Part shown: piece by piece, positions 39,674 to 53,790 of the stretch
Layout of the letters: each line of letters opens with the position of its first letter
Numbering within the stretch: position 1 is the first letter of the stretch
Assembly: GCA_951406725.2 (NCBI GenBank)
Contig: OX597829.1
Span: 23,746,001 to 23,810,000 of the forward strand
Direction: 5' to 3'
From: Octopus vulgaris
Lineage: Eukaryota
Length of the DNA stretch: 64,000 nt
Notes under the pieces: model-generated
What the model saw: only the letters and a program-made list of their open reading frames with translations
What the model was told of the DNA's origin: nothing
Database searches by the model: none
Position numbers and translations under genes: made by a program

Positions 39674-39698
<25 letters not shown>

Positions 39699-39704
<6 letters not shown>

Positions 39705-39940
39705 GTTCAAAAAGTCTCTCAGCAGTGAATTTTTTTCACTGCTCAAATATTGTCTGTCTATTTGTAGGCCAACTCACTGAAAGTGAAATTAACAATGCAT
39801 ACTCTTTCAAAACCTCTTATAAAGTTTTTTTAAAGTCTTGTAAAGTCTAATATTTTCTTTTGTAGTCTTATACCATCTTATAAATATTTATTTTGCAATA
39901 AAAAAAAGACTCACTGCAGAGAGACTTTTTGAACATCCTA
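39699..39940. mobile_element. Tc1/mariner-type MITE
   Basis: TIRs tagggtgttcaaaaagtctctc / gagagactttttgaacatccta, flanked by TA. Confidence 0.8.
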
Positions 39941-39967
39941 TATATAAATATATATATATATGTATAA

Positions 39968-40287
39968 AAGCACTCAATCGGTTATGACGACGAGGGTCCC
40001 AGCTTATATGATCAACGGAACAGCCTGCTCGTGAAATTAACGTGCAAGTGGCTGAGCAATCCACAGACATGCGTATCCCTAACGTAGTTCTCAGGGAGAT
40101 TCAATGTGACACAAAGTTTGACAAGGCCGGCCCTTTGAAATACAGGTACAACTCATTTTTGCCAGCTGAGAGGACTGGAGCAACGTGAAATAAAGTGTCT
40201 TGCTCAAGAACACAACATGTCGCTGGGAATCGAACTCACAACCTTACAATCATGAGCCGAACGCCCTAACCACTAAGCCACGCACCT
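39968..40287 (-). mobile_element. tRNA-derived SINE family E
   Basis: GGTGCGTGGCTTAGTGGTTAGGG...GAGTTCGATTCCC head; homologs at 52877-53157 and 47800-48135. Confidence 0.85.
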
Positions 40288-40330
40288 TGTGTGTATGTGT
40301 ATATATATATATATATATGCACCTTGTGTG

Positions 40331-40372
<42 letters not shown>

Positions 40373-40424
40373 ATTGGCGATTTTTTCCTCCATCTTCCCT
40401 TCCTTGGATCTTTCCTTTGCCCAT

Positions 40425-40459
40425 GTTTCTGACGAAGAGCTCCGCTCAAAGTGTTAAAT
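40425..40459 (+). ncRNA. Degenerate hammerhead motif, family H2
   Basis: GTTT-CTGACGA-A-GAGC tcc GCTC-AAAG-TGTT-AAAT (GAAA mutated). Confidence 0.4.
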
Positions 40460-40567
40460 CCTCCTTCTTTCTTTTCTTTCCTGAGCGTCCAATAACACTA
40501 TACTTGTTCAACGTCCTCACGTTGTTGTGTTTTCATGTTTGGATTAACTATATATATATATATATAT

Positions 40568-40796
40568 ATTTCTTTACTACCCACAAGGGGCTAAACACAG
40601 ATGGGACAAACAAGGACAGACAAACGGATTAAGCCGATTATATCGACCCCAGTGTGTAACTGGTACTTAATTTACCGACCCCGAAAGGATGAAAGGCAAA
40701 GTCGACCTCGGCGGAATTTGAACTCGGAACGTGACGACAGACGAAATACAGCTACGCATTTCACCCAGCGTGCTAACGTTTCTGCCAGCTCGCCGC

Positions 40797-40798
<2 letters not shown>
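40568..40798 (-). mobile_element. SINE family A
   Basis: Reverse complement of family A consensus. Confidence 0.85.
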
Positions 40799-40846
<48 letters not shown>

Positions 40847-41608
40847 AACATATATATTCACATACATGCATGCATACATACCGGTAGGTACACACATTGC
40901 TTTATGGTTAAGAAGGTTGCTCCCCAACCATGTGGTTTTTGGTATCATCTTTGTCAGACCCAGGTTGACCAAAGCCATGTGAATGGATTTTGTTGACAGA
41001 AATTGAAAGAAGCCTGCTATATATGTTTCTGTGTGTGTGTGTACTCTTGTCTAGACATTACATGATTGATCTAAATAAGCATCATCTTCATACAAGCGAG
41101 GCTATTCAAGTCCATTCTTCCTTGAAAAACATGTCTGGCCATGAAAAGAATATTACCTTGTTTGGAAACAGGTATGGGTTGACCACAGGAAGAACATCTG
41201 GCTGTAGACTACTGTTTCAGTGAGTTTAATTCAATCCATGCAAGAATTGTAAAAGCAGATGTAAAATTGGTGATAATAAATATATCAGAGCTATACTTGT
41301 ATGTTAGGTGAGCCAGTCTGACAGTTGTTGTGTTGAAACATAATAACATGATAGCAAAGCTAAAGATGGTTATTTAAATTACTCACACATATCTATCTAG
41401 TTACATTTTATTTTGTAAAAAAAAAACAAAAAAAACTGTTTTGTATTAATAATTCATTGGTGTCCATGTGGAACAGCAAGAATCTAAACAATAACTTAGA
41501 TATTCATTCTTGTTATGGTTTGGCAGATTTGAGCTTGAGTATGCTGATTGCTGTTGTACTTCATGTTCAGAGGATATCTCCTTCTCTTTGACGATGAATG
41601 TTCATAAT

Positions 41609-42003
41609 GTAGGCGCAGGAGTGGCTGTGTGGTAAGTAGCTTGCTAACCAACCATGTGGTTCCGGGTTCAGTCCCACTGCGTGGCATCTTGGGCAAGTGT
41701 CTTCTGCTATAGCCCCGGGCCGACCAATGCCTTGTGAGTGGATTTGGTAGACGGAAACTGAAAGAAGCCTGTCGTATATATGTATATATATAGATGTGTG
41801 TGTGTTTGTGTGTCTGTGTTTGTCAACCGATGCTGGTGTGTTTACTTCCCCGTCACTTAGCGGTTCAGCAAAAGATACCGATAGAATAAGTACTGGGCTT
41901 ACAAAGAATAAGTCCCGGGGTCGATTTGCTCGACTAAAGGCGATGCTCCAGCATGGCCGCAGTCAAATGACTGAAACAAGTAAAAGAGTAAAAGAGTAAA
42001 GAG
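41609..42003 (+). mobile_element. SINE family B, full length
   Basis: Family B consensus. Confidence 0.85.
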
Positions 42004-43793
42004 AATGTGATTCATTGTTGTAAGGAGCCTTTAAGACACCACGTATCAGTTTGGCAGACATCAGCACACACCTGCAAGTAATTTGTTTGCTGATTTCTAT
42101 AAACAAGAGCTATTACTCTCATTTAGATCCATTGATTTGAAGTAGTTTTGACTAGAGCGGCTCCAATGATGTTGAAATATTATGGTGTCTCAAAGTCCTC
42201 ATATGTCAATGAATTATGTATGTTATGAGTATACATTGTCTAATGAGGGAACATGTTGTATCAAGAAGAAACATAATAGCAATCAGTATCATCATGTTTG
42301 AATCTGTCCCCCTTGGTTGAGGGATCTTATTTTGCAAGTTTACTTGGTGACCTCACAGGTGCTAGTGTCATGTAAAAAGCATCCAGTAAACTCTGTGAAG
42401 TTCTTAGTACTAAGAAGGGCACCCAGTCTTGGAAACCATGCCAAAGCAGACATCAGAGCTTGGTAAAGCCTGGTTCACCAGTTCCTATTGAACTGTTTAA
42501 CATCACTATTTCATCTGTCTTTACGTTCTGAGTTCAAATTCCGCCGAGGTTGACTTTGCCTTTCATCCTTTCAGGGTCGATAAATTAAGTAGCAGTTGCA
42601 TACTGGGGTCAATCTAATCGACTGGCTCCCTCCCCCAAAATTTCAGGTATTGTGCCTAGAGTAGAAAAGGATAGAAAAGAATAAGCAAATGGTTATTTGG
42701 TTAAGAAGCAAATTTTTGAAAAAAATAGCTATGCCTGCACCTATTTAACTATTTATTTTTGAGTTCAGTCTTATATAGCACACAGCATATAGAGCAAATG
42801 TCTTCTACTGTAACCCCAGGTTTACCAATATCTGTGCTAGTAATCATTGCTCAAACTTCTATTAAAAGAATCCAATTTCATCCTATGTGTACATCTATAA
42901 GGCTTCAGACTTGTTCAAACTGCATGGAATCATTTGGTAAGAGTTTTCTATTATAGCCTTGAACTTACCAGTGCCTTGTGGATAAAATTGCTAGACAAAG
43001 GTGTGTTCTATACAGGACCTGAACACATCTCCCACATCTAACAAGACTGTCACACATCACTAGACATAGAGATGGCAGTTCTTAACTCCTTCATGTTACC
43101 CTTTCCTGTTACATGTAATGTGATTCAATATGGCTGTCTATACATCATAGATGTAATATATTCCAACTACCAATTTGGTAGGTGGAAACCATATAGGAAG
43201 CTGACATAAATGTAGGCGTGTATGTGTTTTTTCACCACTTGACAATCATTGTTGGTTTGTTTACATCCCCATAATTTAGTACTTCATCAAAAAAAAAGGA
43301 GAGACATAAAGATAGCTACTAGATTTAAAAGATAAGTCCTGCAGTAGATTTGATCAACTAAAAACACCCATCAAGGCAGTGCTCCAGCATGGGCACAGTT
43401 CTGCAACTGGAACAAGTAAACGAATAAAAGAATAACTTGAATAAATACTTTGGATCTCTTGGCACCATAGCTTTTGGCATAGCTTCGTATGTATATAAAA
43501 TGTTATCATGTCCCTTGATGTAGATTATTAAGATTTCACTATTTATGTACATAGCGCCATTCTAAAAGGGTTTTCAGACATTGCACTCGACTATCTGGGA
43601 TTTCACACATTTTTCTGAAACCAAAAGGAAATATTCTAGCCCCCAAGACCTCACCTCTCCCTGCTTTTCCTACATAACTTCTTTAAATAAAGATGAGAAA
43701 TTGATAAGATATAAAACATTGCTTCAAATATGATTAAAGTCGTTTTCATTCCAGATTCAAAATGTGTGTGCCTATGTATTTATATGTATATGT

Positions 43794-43835
<42 letters not shown>

Positions 43836-43934
43836 TCTTCATACAGCTTGCACTGTGGGACATTACTTTTATCAGCTGTTGATCACAATAATTTCAGTAA
43901 CTTTCAATAGTATTGCTCCCTCCAGCAATGCTGA

Positions 43935-43983
<49 letters not shown>

Positions 43984-44112
43984 CATGTGTGTGTGTCTGC
44001 ACATGTACGTGTGGTTGTGTGTGTGTGTATTTCAACATATGTTCTGATGTAGATATGTAAATGGCAAAGAGGAAAAGAACCATGTTCCCAGCTGAGAAAT
44101 GCATGCATACAT

Positions 44113-44147
<35 letters not shown>

Positions 44148-46310
44148 CATACACACACACACCCACACCCACACACACACAACTGCACATAGAATACAAC
44201 AAAATCCATGGAAATTCTAAAAAAATATTAATGAATTCTCAAGCAAATGTTGGAACCTATACATGCTTGCTCAAGCATAAAGAAACAGCAGTCAAATCTC
44301 CCTAGTGTTTTATACAATATCTAATAAAATACAGTTTAGTAATGGCTGAAACACCTTTCTTCATAAGCAATGTTCCTCCAATTTTTTGCAATTTGCAATA
44401 TGCACAAATTTTGTCTTTTTTTGCAAAGTATGTGCACAACTGTGCTAGTAACCATTGCTCAAACTTCTATTAAAAGAATCCAATTTCATCATGTGTGTAC
44501 ATCTGTAAGTCAGAGTTGTTCAAACCGCATGGAATCATTTGGTAAGAGTTTTCTATTATAGCCTTGGACCTACCAGTGCCTTGTGGCTAAAATTGCTAGA
44601 TATAGGATGTTCTATACAGGACCTGAACACATCTCCCACATCTAACAAGACTGTCACACATCACTAGGTATAGAGATGGCAGTTCTTAACTCCTTCATGT
44701 TACATGTAATGTGATTCAATATGGCTGTCTATACATCATAGATATAATGCATTCAGAGTTCCTTTCCATGATGCCCATCCTTAACAACTGGACTCTTGCC
44801 TATTGGTAAAATTATTTTACATTGTGAACCTGTAATGGAGCCTCTTCAGAATTGCACATCCTGCTGAAAACAGTACTTAAACCTACCTCAACTCTCACAT
44901 ATATTGCCTTGAAAAAAGAAAGACAATGTATCCTAGATCACACTGCCTGAATATAAAACTAGGTGTACATGAGTTCAACCATAGGTTTACTCAATTGAGC
45001 TGCTGCTACTACTACTATGTAATCCAATAGCGAACACCATCAACCACTTGTCTCCAGAAGTCCCTCCTCTGTATTGCTCTAGGAGGTTGCTCTTCAGTAG
45101 ACCAGAGTACTTAGCCAGTTGATAAATAAATGTCCTAACTGGACAACATCATGGTTGCTTTCCATGTGTTGTTTCTCAGAGCAGCACCTGACTCATTACT
45201 TCATTGCAGAATCTCAGTCTCCTTTCTTTCATGGTGGAGGTAAGTCTTAGAAGATTATTATAAAGAATCTGGATGTTAATGCCGCTTTTAGTTTGTTTCT
45301 TTCCAGTGCCTTAGATCCATGCCGTGTAGTTGTATTAGAGCATACATTCAATTAACTTGGGCTAAACCACCACCACCACCACCACCACTACCACAACAAC
45401 AACAACAGACTATGACTGGATATGATGTAGTACAGAAATTCTGTATGTCTTTGGAATTCATCTATTTGTAGATAATGATGTAGTGGCGTTTATGACCTCT
45501 CTCCTCTCCTTCCATGTGACCAGTGTTCTGCCAAGCCTGATCTTTCTTTCTTGGCTTGACCACCATCCGTGCAATGTCTATATTCCTCCCTATGCCTGTC
45601 ATCACTTATGTCCCTGCTAAAAGGCCTCCCTTTCAAACTCAACAGCTTAATTTAATTCGTCCTTAGCCGAAAGACACTTGCTGTTAATGTCCTGTTATTT
45701 GAATTTGTATTTCTGTACCATTTCTCCATTTTTTTTTCGGTCCTTGTTTTCGTATACATTCAGTGCTTTCTTCCAAGGAATCTGGTGCTCTTAGCTTAGT
45801 TTTTCTTTGGGGCCAGCCAGATTGGAGCAGTCTCAAGTATAACCAGCCAATTCTGCAAAGATGATCTGGAACTCAACTCAGGAAAGAAAACTCCAAATGA
45901 CCTGTCCTTGATTTTCTTGTCCCTATTTGTATCATCTAACTGTCTGGAAGTTTTCTTGTCGCCTATTGCATTTTTTTCACGTATTTTGTATACTCTTATA
46001 TATATATATAAATAATATATATACATATATATATACATAATATATATAAATAATATATATATATATATACATATACATAATATATATAAATAATATATAT
46101 ATAAATAATATATATATGTAGGTCCCGGGTTGAGTCGGGGTTAACCACAGTAAATAAGGTACTCAATACATAGCAGAGTAAATTAATTTATTTTATAGAA
46201 GGAGCTTTACAGGACTAGAACTGTTTCATTCAAATGAAATCATCATCCTGATGATTTTATTTGAATGAAACGGTTCTAGTCCTGTAGAAGCTCCTTCTGT
46301 AAAATAAATA

Positions 46311-46355
<45 letters not shown>

Positions 46356-46434
46356 ATATATATATATATAATATATATATATATACATAATATATATATA
46401 TAATATATATAATATATATATATATATACATAAT

Positions 46435-46547
46435 ATGGTTCAGTCCCACTGCGTGGCATCTTGGGCAAGTGTCTTCTACTATAGCCCTGGGCCGACCAAT
46501 GCCTTGTGAGTGGATTTGGTAGACGGAAACTGAAAGAAGCCTGTCGT

Positions 46548-46599
<52 letters not shown>

Positions 46600-46815
46600 G
46601 TGTGTGTGTGTCTGTGTTTGTCCCCCTAGCATTGCTTGACAACCGATGCTGGTGTGTTTACGTCCCCGTCACTTAGCGGTTCGGCAAAAGAGACCGATAG
46701 AATAAGTACTGGGCTTACAAAGAATAAGTCCCGGGGTCGATTTGCTCGACTAAAAGGCGGTGCTCCAGCATTGTCGCAGTCAAATGACTGAAACAAGTAA
46801 AAGAGTAAAAAGAGA
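46435..46815 (+). mobile_element. SINE family B, 5'-truncated
   Basis: Family B consensus. Confidence 0.85.
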
Positions 46816-46819
46816 GAGA

Positions 46820-47528
<709 letters not shown>

Positions 47529-47799
47529 TGCCTACATAATTTTCTGCTTACTACTTTTTGGCTTTTGTTTATATCTGTTGCAAATATGAAAGACATTGAA
47601 AATTTGCCAGAATGAAGTGATAGATACTTCAGATGCATATTTTTGAAGAAATTTAGTATTTATCAACAAAATCTAAAAGTATGTTGACTTCACATAAAAT
47701 TCTTTTAGAAAAAAAAATGTGATAAAAGAAAAACAAAATATATGAATGTAGAGTATTGGTTTTAAGTACTGTATTAATAAAACACATTAAAGTTTTTTG

Positions 47800-48135
47800 A
47801 TCCCACATGGCTCAGTAGTTAGAGTATCGAGCTTAGGATCGTGAGGTTGTGAGTTCGTATCTCGGACCGGGCTGTGTGTTGTGTTCTTGAGCAAGACACT
47901 TTATTTCACATTGCTCCAGTTCACTCAGCTGTAGAAATGAGTTGTGACGTCACAGGTGCCAAGATGTATTGGCCTTTGCCTTTCCCTTGGATAACATCAG
48001 TGGCGTGGAGAGGGGAGGCCAGTATGTATGGGTGACTGATGTTCTTCCATAAACAACCTTGCCTGGACTTGTGCCTTGGAAGGTAACTTTCGAGGTGCAA
48101 TCCCATGGTCAGTCATGATTGAAGAGGGTTTCAGC
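47800..48135 (+). mobile_element. tRNA-derived SINE family E variant
   Basis: tggctcagtagttagag...gagttcgtatc...ttgtgttcttgagcaagacactttatttcac. Confidence 0.75.
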
Positions 48136-48184
48136 ATATTTATATATATATATACCTTTACATGTACCTATGCATATGTGTGTG

Positions 48185-48230
<46 letters not shown>

Positions 48231-48645
48231 TATACATGTGCATATACATGTTTATATGCATATATGCATATGCTCAAATGAAAGAAAATTTTAATAAAAT
48301 GAGAAAATGATAAAATATATAAATATATATATTTATTCAACCGGTTTTCGTCAATGTATGACTTGTCAAGAATATTTATGTTTTAAGAAGTTTTTTAAAA
48401 ATTAGAAAGGGGAAAAAAAGAAAATTGCAATGTTTTTTGTAAAAGAATAATGATAAAAATGGACAAAAATTAAAACAAGTCATACATTGACGAAAACCGG
48501 TTGAATAAATATATATATTTATATATTTTATCATTTTCTCATTTTATTAAAATTTTCTTTCATTTGAGCATTCTGCATTTTAAAAAAATTTTTCCTTACT
48601 TATCATTTCTCCACGTGCGGTCAACACAACCCCACCATTTATTGA

Positions 48646-48699
<54 letters not shown>

Positions 48700-48783
48700 T
48701 ATACACGTGCATATACACGTTTATATGCACATCTTCCTTGGTTATATGCTCTTGCCAGTATATTCTCTATATATCTATATATT

Positions 48784-48826
<43 letters not shown>

Positions 48827-49169
48827 ACACACATATATACATATTATTTTATTCTTTTACTTGTTTTGGTCATTTGACTGCAGCCATGCTGGAGCACCAA
48901 CAAATCCACCCAGGTTTTCTCTGCCTCTGGCCATGTGATAGTGGGCTTTCTCATGTCTGTTATGAATGCTGAACCACTAAGGTACAGGGATGTAAACACA
49001 CCAACATCTGGTGGTGTCCATTTGAAAGCTGTTTTAGAATGGCATTGCTCTGATAACCAAAGTGTATGATCTACTAGTTTTGTTCCTTGATGATTTGGCT
49101 TAGTGGTTCTGTGTCGGCTCTCTTTAGAACATCTTCCTGTCAACCAAATTCTCTATATATCTATATATT

Positions 49170-49215
<46 letters not shown>

Positions 49216-49242
49216 AGAGAGAGAGAGGGAGAGAGAGAGATT

Positions 49243-49630
49243 ATTTTATTCTTTTACTTGTTTTGGTCATTTGACTGCAGCCATGCTGGAGCACCACCTT
49301 TAGTTGAACAAATCCACCCAGGACTTATTCTTTGTAAGCCTAGTACTTATTCTATTGGTCTGTTTTGCTGAACCACTAAGGTACAGGGATGTAAACACAC
49401 CAACATCGGTTGTCAAGCGATGGTGGGGAAGACAAACACAGACACACAAACACACACACACATACATTATAGACTTCTTTCAGTTTCTGTCAACCAAATC
49501 TAACCACAAGGCTTTGTTTAGCCCAAAGCTATAGTAGAAGACACTTGCCCAAGCTGTCACACAGTGGGACTGAACCGCGAACCATGTAGTTTGGAAGCAA
49601 GTTTCTTCCTGCACAGCCACGTCTGTGCCT
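49243..49630 (-). mobile_element. SINE family B
   Basis: Reverse complement of family B; partial duplicate at 48845-49010. Confidence 0.8.
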
Positions 49631-49879
49631 ATATTAATATGCATACATATATGTGTGTGTGTGTGTATGTGTGTGTGTACATATACACATACATGATGGA
49701 TTCTCTTGTTGTGAATGACAAATGATTGACTCTTTCGTCATGAATGACAAATGTGAGTTCAGTAAAATAAAGTGTTAATCATGTTCTATGGATATGAATG
49801 TGTCTCTTGAGGCCTGTTGGTGTCTTGCAAACCTTTTGATAAATGGAACAAGTTGAGGACTCAGTTTGCTTGAGTGCTT

Positions 49880-50167
49880 CTGGATCGTTTACTATGTGTT
49901 TTCTTCAGTGGATGGGCAAAGTCTGCTTTGCTTTGTGATACAAAACCGCAATGATAGGTAAGGTTTCCATTCAGAGGAGCAGCATTTTGCCAGCATGACT
50001 TCATGCTTGCATGAAGTTGGTCCTGATGTTGCAGTCAACTTTGCTCAAATCTGAACTGAGAAGCAAGACTGGTGCCAGGTCTTGTGTTCTGATGCTTTGT
50101 TTTCTTGGGAACATCACCTCAGATTGTCTTTTAGTTTGTTTTTGAAGTGCAAGAGTGGTCTTCCAAC
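49880..50167 (-). pseudogene. Degraded RTE/BovB-like LINE C-terminus
   Basis: GRPLLHFKNKLKDNL followed by CGFVSQSKADFAH remnant. Confidence 0.45.
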
Positions 50168-50722
50168 ATATATATATATATATATTTATATAACTATACA
50201 TCAGTCAGTAGTTCATATATCTGGGAAAAAAAACATATTATAAAACATTAGAGCAGTGGTATATTTAGAATGTTGTCTGTCAGGACTGGTCAGAAAGTCT
50301 GAGAGTGACCATTTAAGTCTGGTGAATCGCTTATATAGCTAAGCACTTTATAGTTGTAAAACAAATGGTCACTTTGACTGGCCATAACAAACAGCCATAT
50401 ATATATATATACACATGTCTCATCATCATTTAACGTCTGTTGCTCATGCTGGCATGGGTTAGACAGTTTGACCATAGCTGGTAAGCTGGAAGGCTGCATG
50501 AGACTCCATATATATATATAGTGAGGATTTACAAAAAAAAAATGAAGACAGGTGTGTAAACAACAAACAGATGTATTAGTTTAAAGCTTGGGAAGTGAGA
50601 AAGTCTTTTATGCTTCAAGCCTGTGGTCTTCGATAGAAAGGAACACAGAAATAAACAGGGAGAGAAAACAGAAAAAGGTTTAGTGGCAAGTGATCTATCA
50701 TCGCTATATATTCACACATACA

Positions 50723-50940
50723 CGAAGGGGTGCTGAAAAGTTCCTGCTTTTGGGTAAAAGAAAATACAGGGGGATCAGTTAATTATGATTTTATTCAACA
50801 TATACCTCCTCTCAAATTCACACACTTATTGCAGTGGTCCTTCAGCTTTTCTAAGTGCTGTAAAGGAACTTGGAAGGTGGGACCTCCAGCTAGGCCTTTC
50901 ACAATATCCTTTAAAGTCAGGAACTTTTCAGCACCCACTC

Positions 50941-50942
<2 letters not shown>
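50723..50942. mobile_element. Mariner-type MITE
   Basis: TIRs gggtgctgaaaagttcctg / caggaacttttcagcaccc. Confidence 0.8.
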
Positions 50943-50972
<30 letters not shown>

Positions 50973-50989
50973 ATATACACATACATATA

Positions 50990-51350
50990 CATCATCATCA
51001 TCATCATTTAACGTCCGCTTTCCATGCTAGCATGGGTTGGACGGTTCAACTGGGGTCTGGGGAGCCCGAAGGCTGCACCAGTCCAGTCTGATCTGGCAGT
51101 GTTTCTACAGCTGGATGCCCTTCCTAATGCCAACCACTCCGAGAGTGTAGTGGGTGATTTTATGTGCTACCGACACAGGTGCCAGATGAGGCTGAGGCTG
51201 GCAAACGGCCACGATCGGATGGTGTTTGTTACGTGCCCACAGCACGGAGGCCAGTCGATGCGGTACTGGCTACGGCCACGTTCGGATGGTTTTCTTGTGT
51301 GCCACCGGCACTGGTACCACAAAGATACAAATTCCATTGATGTTCATCTA
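50990..51350 (-). mobile_element. Repeat family D
   Basis: Homologous to 29347-29497 and 53320-53790. Confidence 0.75.
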
Positions 51351-51519
51351 TATAGATAAAAAACAAATGTAATGTAATGTGTAAGAGAGAAGACTGAAGT
51401 GATTGGGACATGTGATCTGCATAAAGGATGATAGTTGGGTATAGAGGATGACACGTGGAAGGAACATGTGGGAGAGGGTGACATGGGAAGTGTTGAAGTC
51501 TGATTTCATGATGTGAAAT

Positions 51520-51890
51520 GGTGCTATGTCTTTTTGTCCGATGTCACATCGTCAAATGTGTTTTCATTCACGTCTTTTGGTCTGACATCTTTTGTTCGAT
51601 GATTTCTTTTTTGCCCAACAACAAATACTATCAATAAAATTCTCAATGGTTATTTGATTTTGATGTTCACCTTGTTTTCTAAAGAGTTTATTTAAAAATT
51701 GGACAAAAAGTCGGACAAAAAAAAAAAAAAAATCATCGGACAAAACGATGTTGAACCAAAAGACATGGACAAAGTGACATTGGACAAAGTGACATTGGAC
51801 AAAGTGACATTGGACAAAGTGACATTGGACAAAGTGACATTGGACAAATGACATCGGATGACAAGTCAGATCAGATGTGGAACAGTCACC
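51520..51890. mobile_element. Foldback-type element built from inverted arrays of a 15-bp unit
   Basis: Five perfect TGGACAAAGTGACAT units at 51766-51840; degenerate reverse-complement units (atgtctttttgtccg etc.) at 51526-51617; ends GGTG...CACC. Confidence 0.6.
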
Positions 51891-52270
51891 AAGATTATGA
51901 AAGATCACATCAAGTGACAAAATGCTAAGGAGGAGAGGGCTTGTACAACCCATACAAACATGTAAAAAAAAAACAGATGTAAAAATGACAATAGTGATGA
52001 TGGTGATGATGGTAACATCGACAGTCTCACAATAACTCTTGTGGTGAAAACATTGGTGGTGACAACAACTGTGGAGAGAAGAGCAAAAGAAAGCTGAAGA
52101 CTCAAGAGATTAGGTCATAGTGGAAGAGAGGCTAATAACTGTACAGTGTGTGGTAATAACATGTCTAGCTTTCTGGACCTCATGTGATGCATGTTTGAAA
52201 AATGTGATTGATTAAAACAACATACATATATCTACACAAACACACATATATACGTTTATGCAAACCCATA

Positions 52271-52311
<41 letters not shown>

Positions 52312-52412
52312 ATGCAAACCCGTGCAAAGACACCAGCCAAGAGAGATGGGCAGCAGAGTGGAACAAAATTTGCAGAGAATGGCATTTGACTGGGTAAGAA
52401 AGAGATGGGTGG

Positions 52413-52446
<34 letters not shown>

Positions 52447-52600
52447 AAGAAAGAAAGAGAGAGGGAGAGAGAGAGCAAGAAAGAGAGAGGGAGAGAGAGA
52501 GAGCAAGAAAGAGAGAGAGAGATGATGTGTTGCAAAGTTTATGGTTTAAGGAATGTTGAAAAGAAATTGTGTGTGTGTCTGAGTGAGTGAGTGTCTGTGT

Positions 52601-52634
<34 letters not shown>

Positions 52635-52876
52635 CCTGTTGAAGAAGAAAAGGAGTTTCAAGAAAGAGGCATAAAGAGACAGACAACAAAAAATATACAG
52701 AGATATACTGTCGATGTCACAAGAATTTTTTATGAACTTAGAGAATATGAACGAATTCATTTTTGGAATATCTTGAAGTGTATATATATATATATATATA
52801 GCAATAAATATCTACATGTTATTTATAGCTACATGTGTGAGCTTCAATATATTCCAGAAAAGACTCTGTGTGTGTG

Positions 52877-53157
52877 AAGGCACATGGCTTAGTGGTTAGG
52901 GTATTCGACTCACAATTTTAAGATTATGAGTTCAATTCTCAGCAATGCGTTGTGCCTTTGAGCAAGACACTTTATTTTACGTTGCTCCAGTCCACTCAGC
53001 TGGCAAAAATCAGTAGTACCTGTATCTCAAAGGGTCAGCCATGTCCCATTTATGTGTTATACTGAATCTCCTTGAGAACTACATAAAGGGTATCCGTGTC
53101 TGTTCCATTGGTCGGATCCACTAGAACCCTCTGCATTGTAAGTGACACAATGCCAGT
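52877..53157 (+). mobile_element. tRNA-derived SINE family E
   Basis: tggcttagtggttaggg...gagttcaattc; homologous to 39968-40287. Confidence 0.8.
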
Positions 53158-53319
53158 TTATATATATGTTGTATGTGTGTATGTATGTATCTAATGATGG
53201 AATTTAATGTGATAATGCATTGGTGAAATGAATGAGAAACAATATTTACTTGATTATTGATATGGTCATTTATTACATTGATTATAATATTAGTCAATAC
53301 AATATATAAGATATATAAT

Positions 53320-53790
53320 CAAAATCAAATTCGATGACTGGCATCCGTGCTAGTGGAGCACTAAGAGCACCATCCGAGCATGATCGTTGCCAGAGCAGCT
53401 AACTGGCTTCTGTGCCAGTAGCACGTAAAAAGCACTATTTGAGCATCATCGTTACCAGTGTCACATTACTGGCACGTGAAAAATAACATTCGAGCGAGGT
53501 CATTGCCAGTGCCACTGGACTGGCTCCTGTGCAGGTGGCACATACAAAACACCATTTGAGCGTGGCTGTTGCCAGTACTGCCTGACTGGCCCTCGTGCCA
53601 GTGGCATGTAAAAGCACCCACTACACTCGCGGAGTGGTTGGCGTTAGGAAGGGCGTCCAGCAGTAGAAACTCTACCAGATCAAGATTGGAGCCTGGTGCA
53701 GCCATCTGGTTCGCCAGTCCTCAGTCAAATCATCCAACCCATGCTAACATGGAAAGTGGATGTTAAACAATGATGATGATGATGATGATG
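53320..53790 (+). mobile_element. Repeat family D with internal tandem subrepeats and (GAT)n tail
   Basis: Repeated cacgtaaaaagcac..ttcgagcg..gttgccag units, then ggttggcgttaggaagggc; older copies at 54620-54960, 55990-56285, 58020-58230, 59930-60240. Confidence 0.75.
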
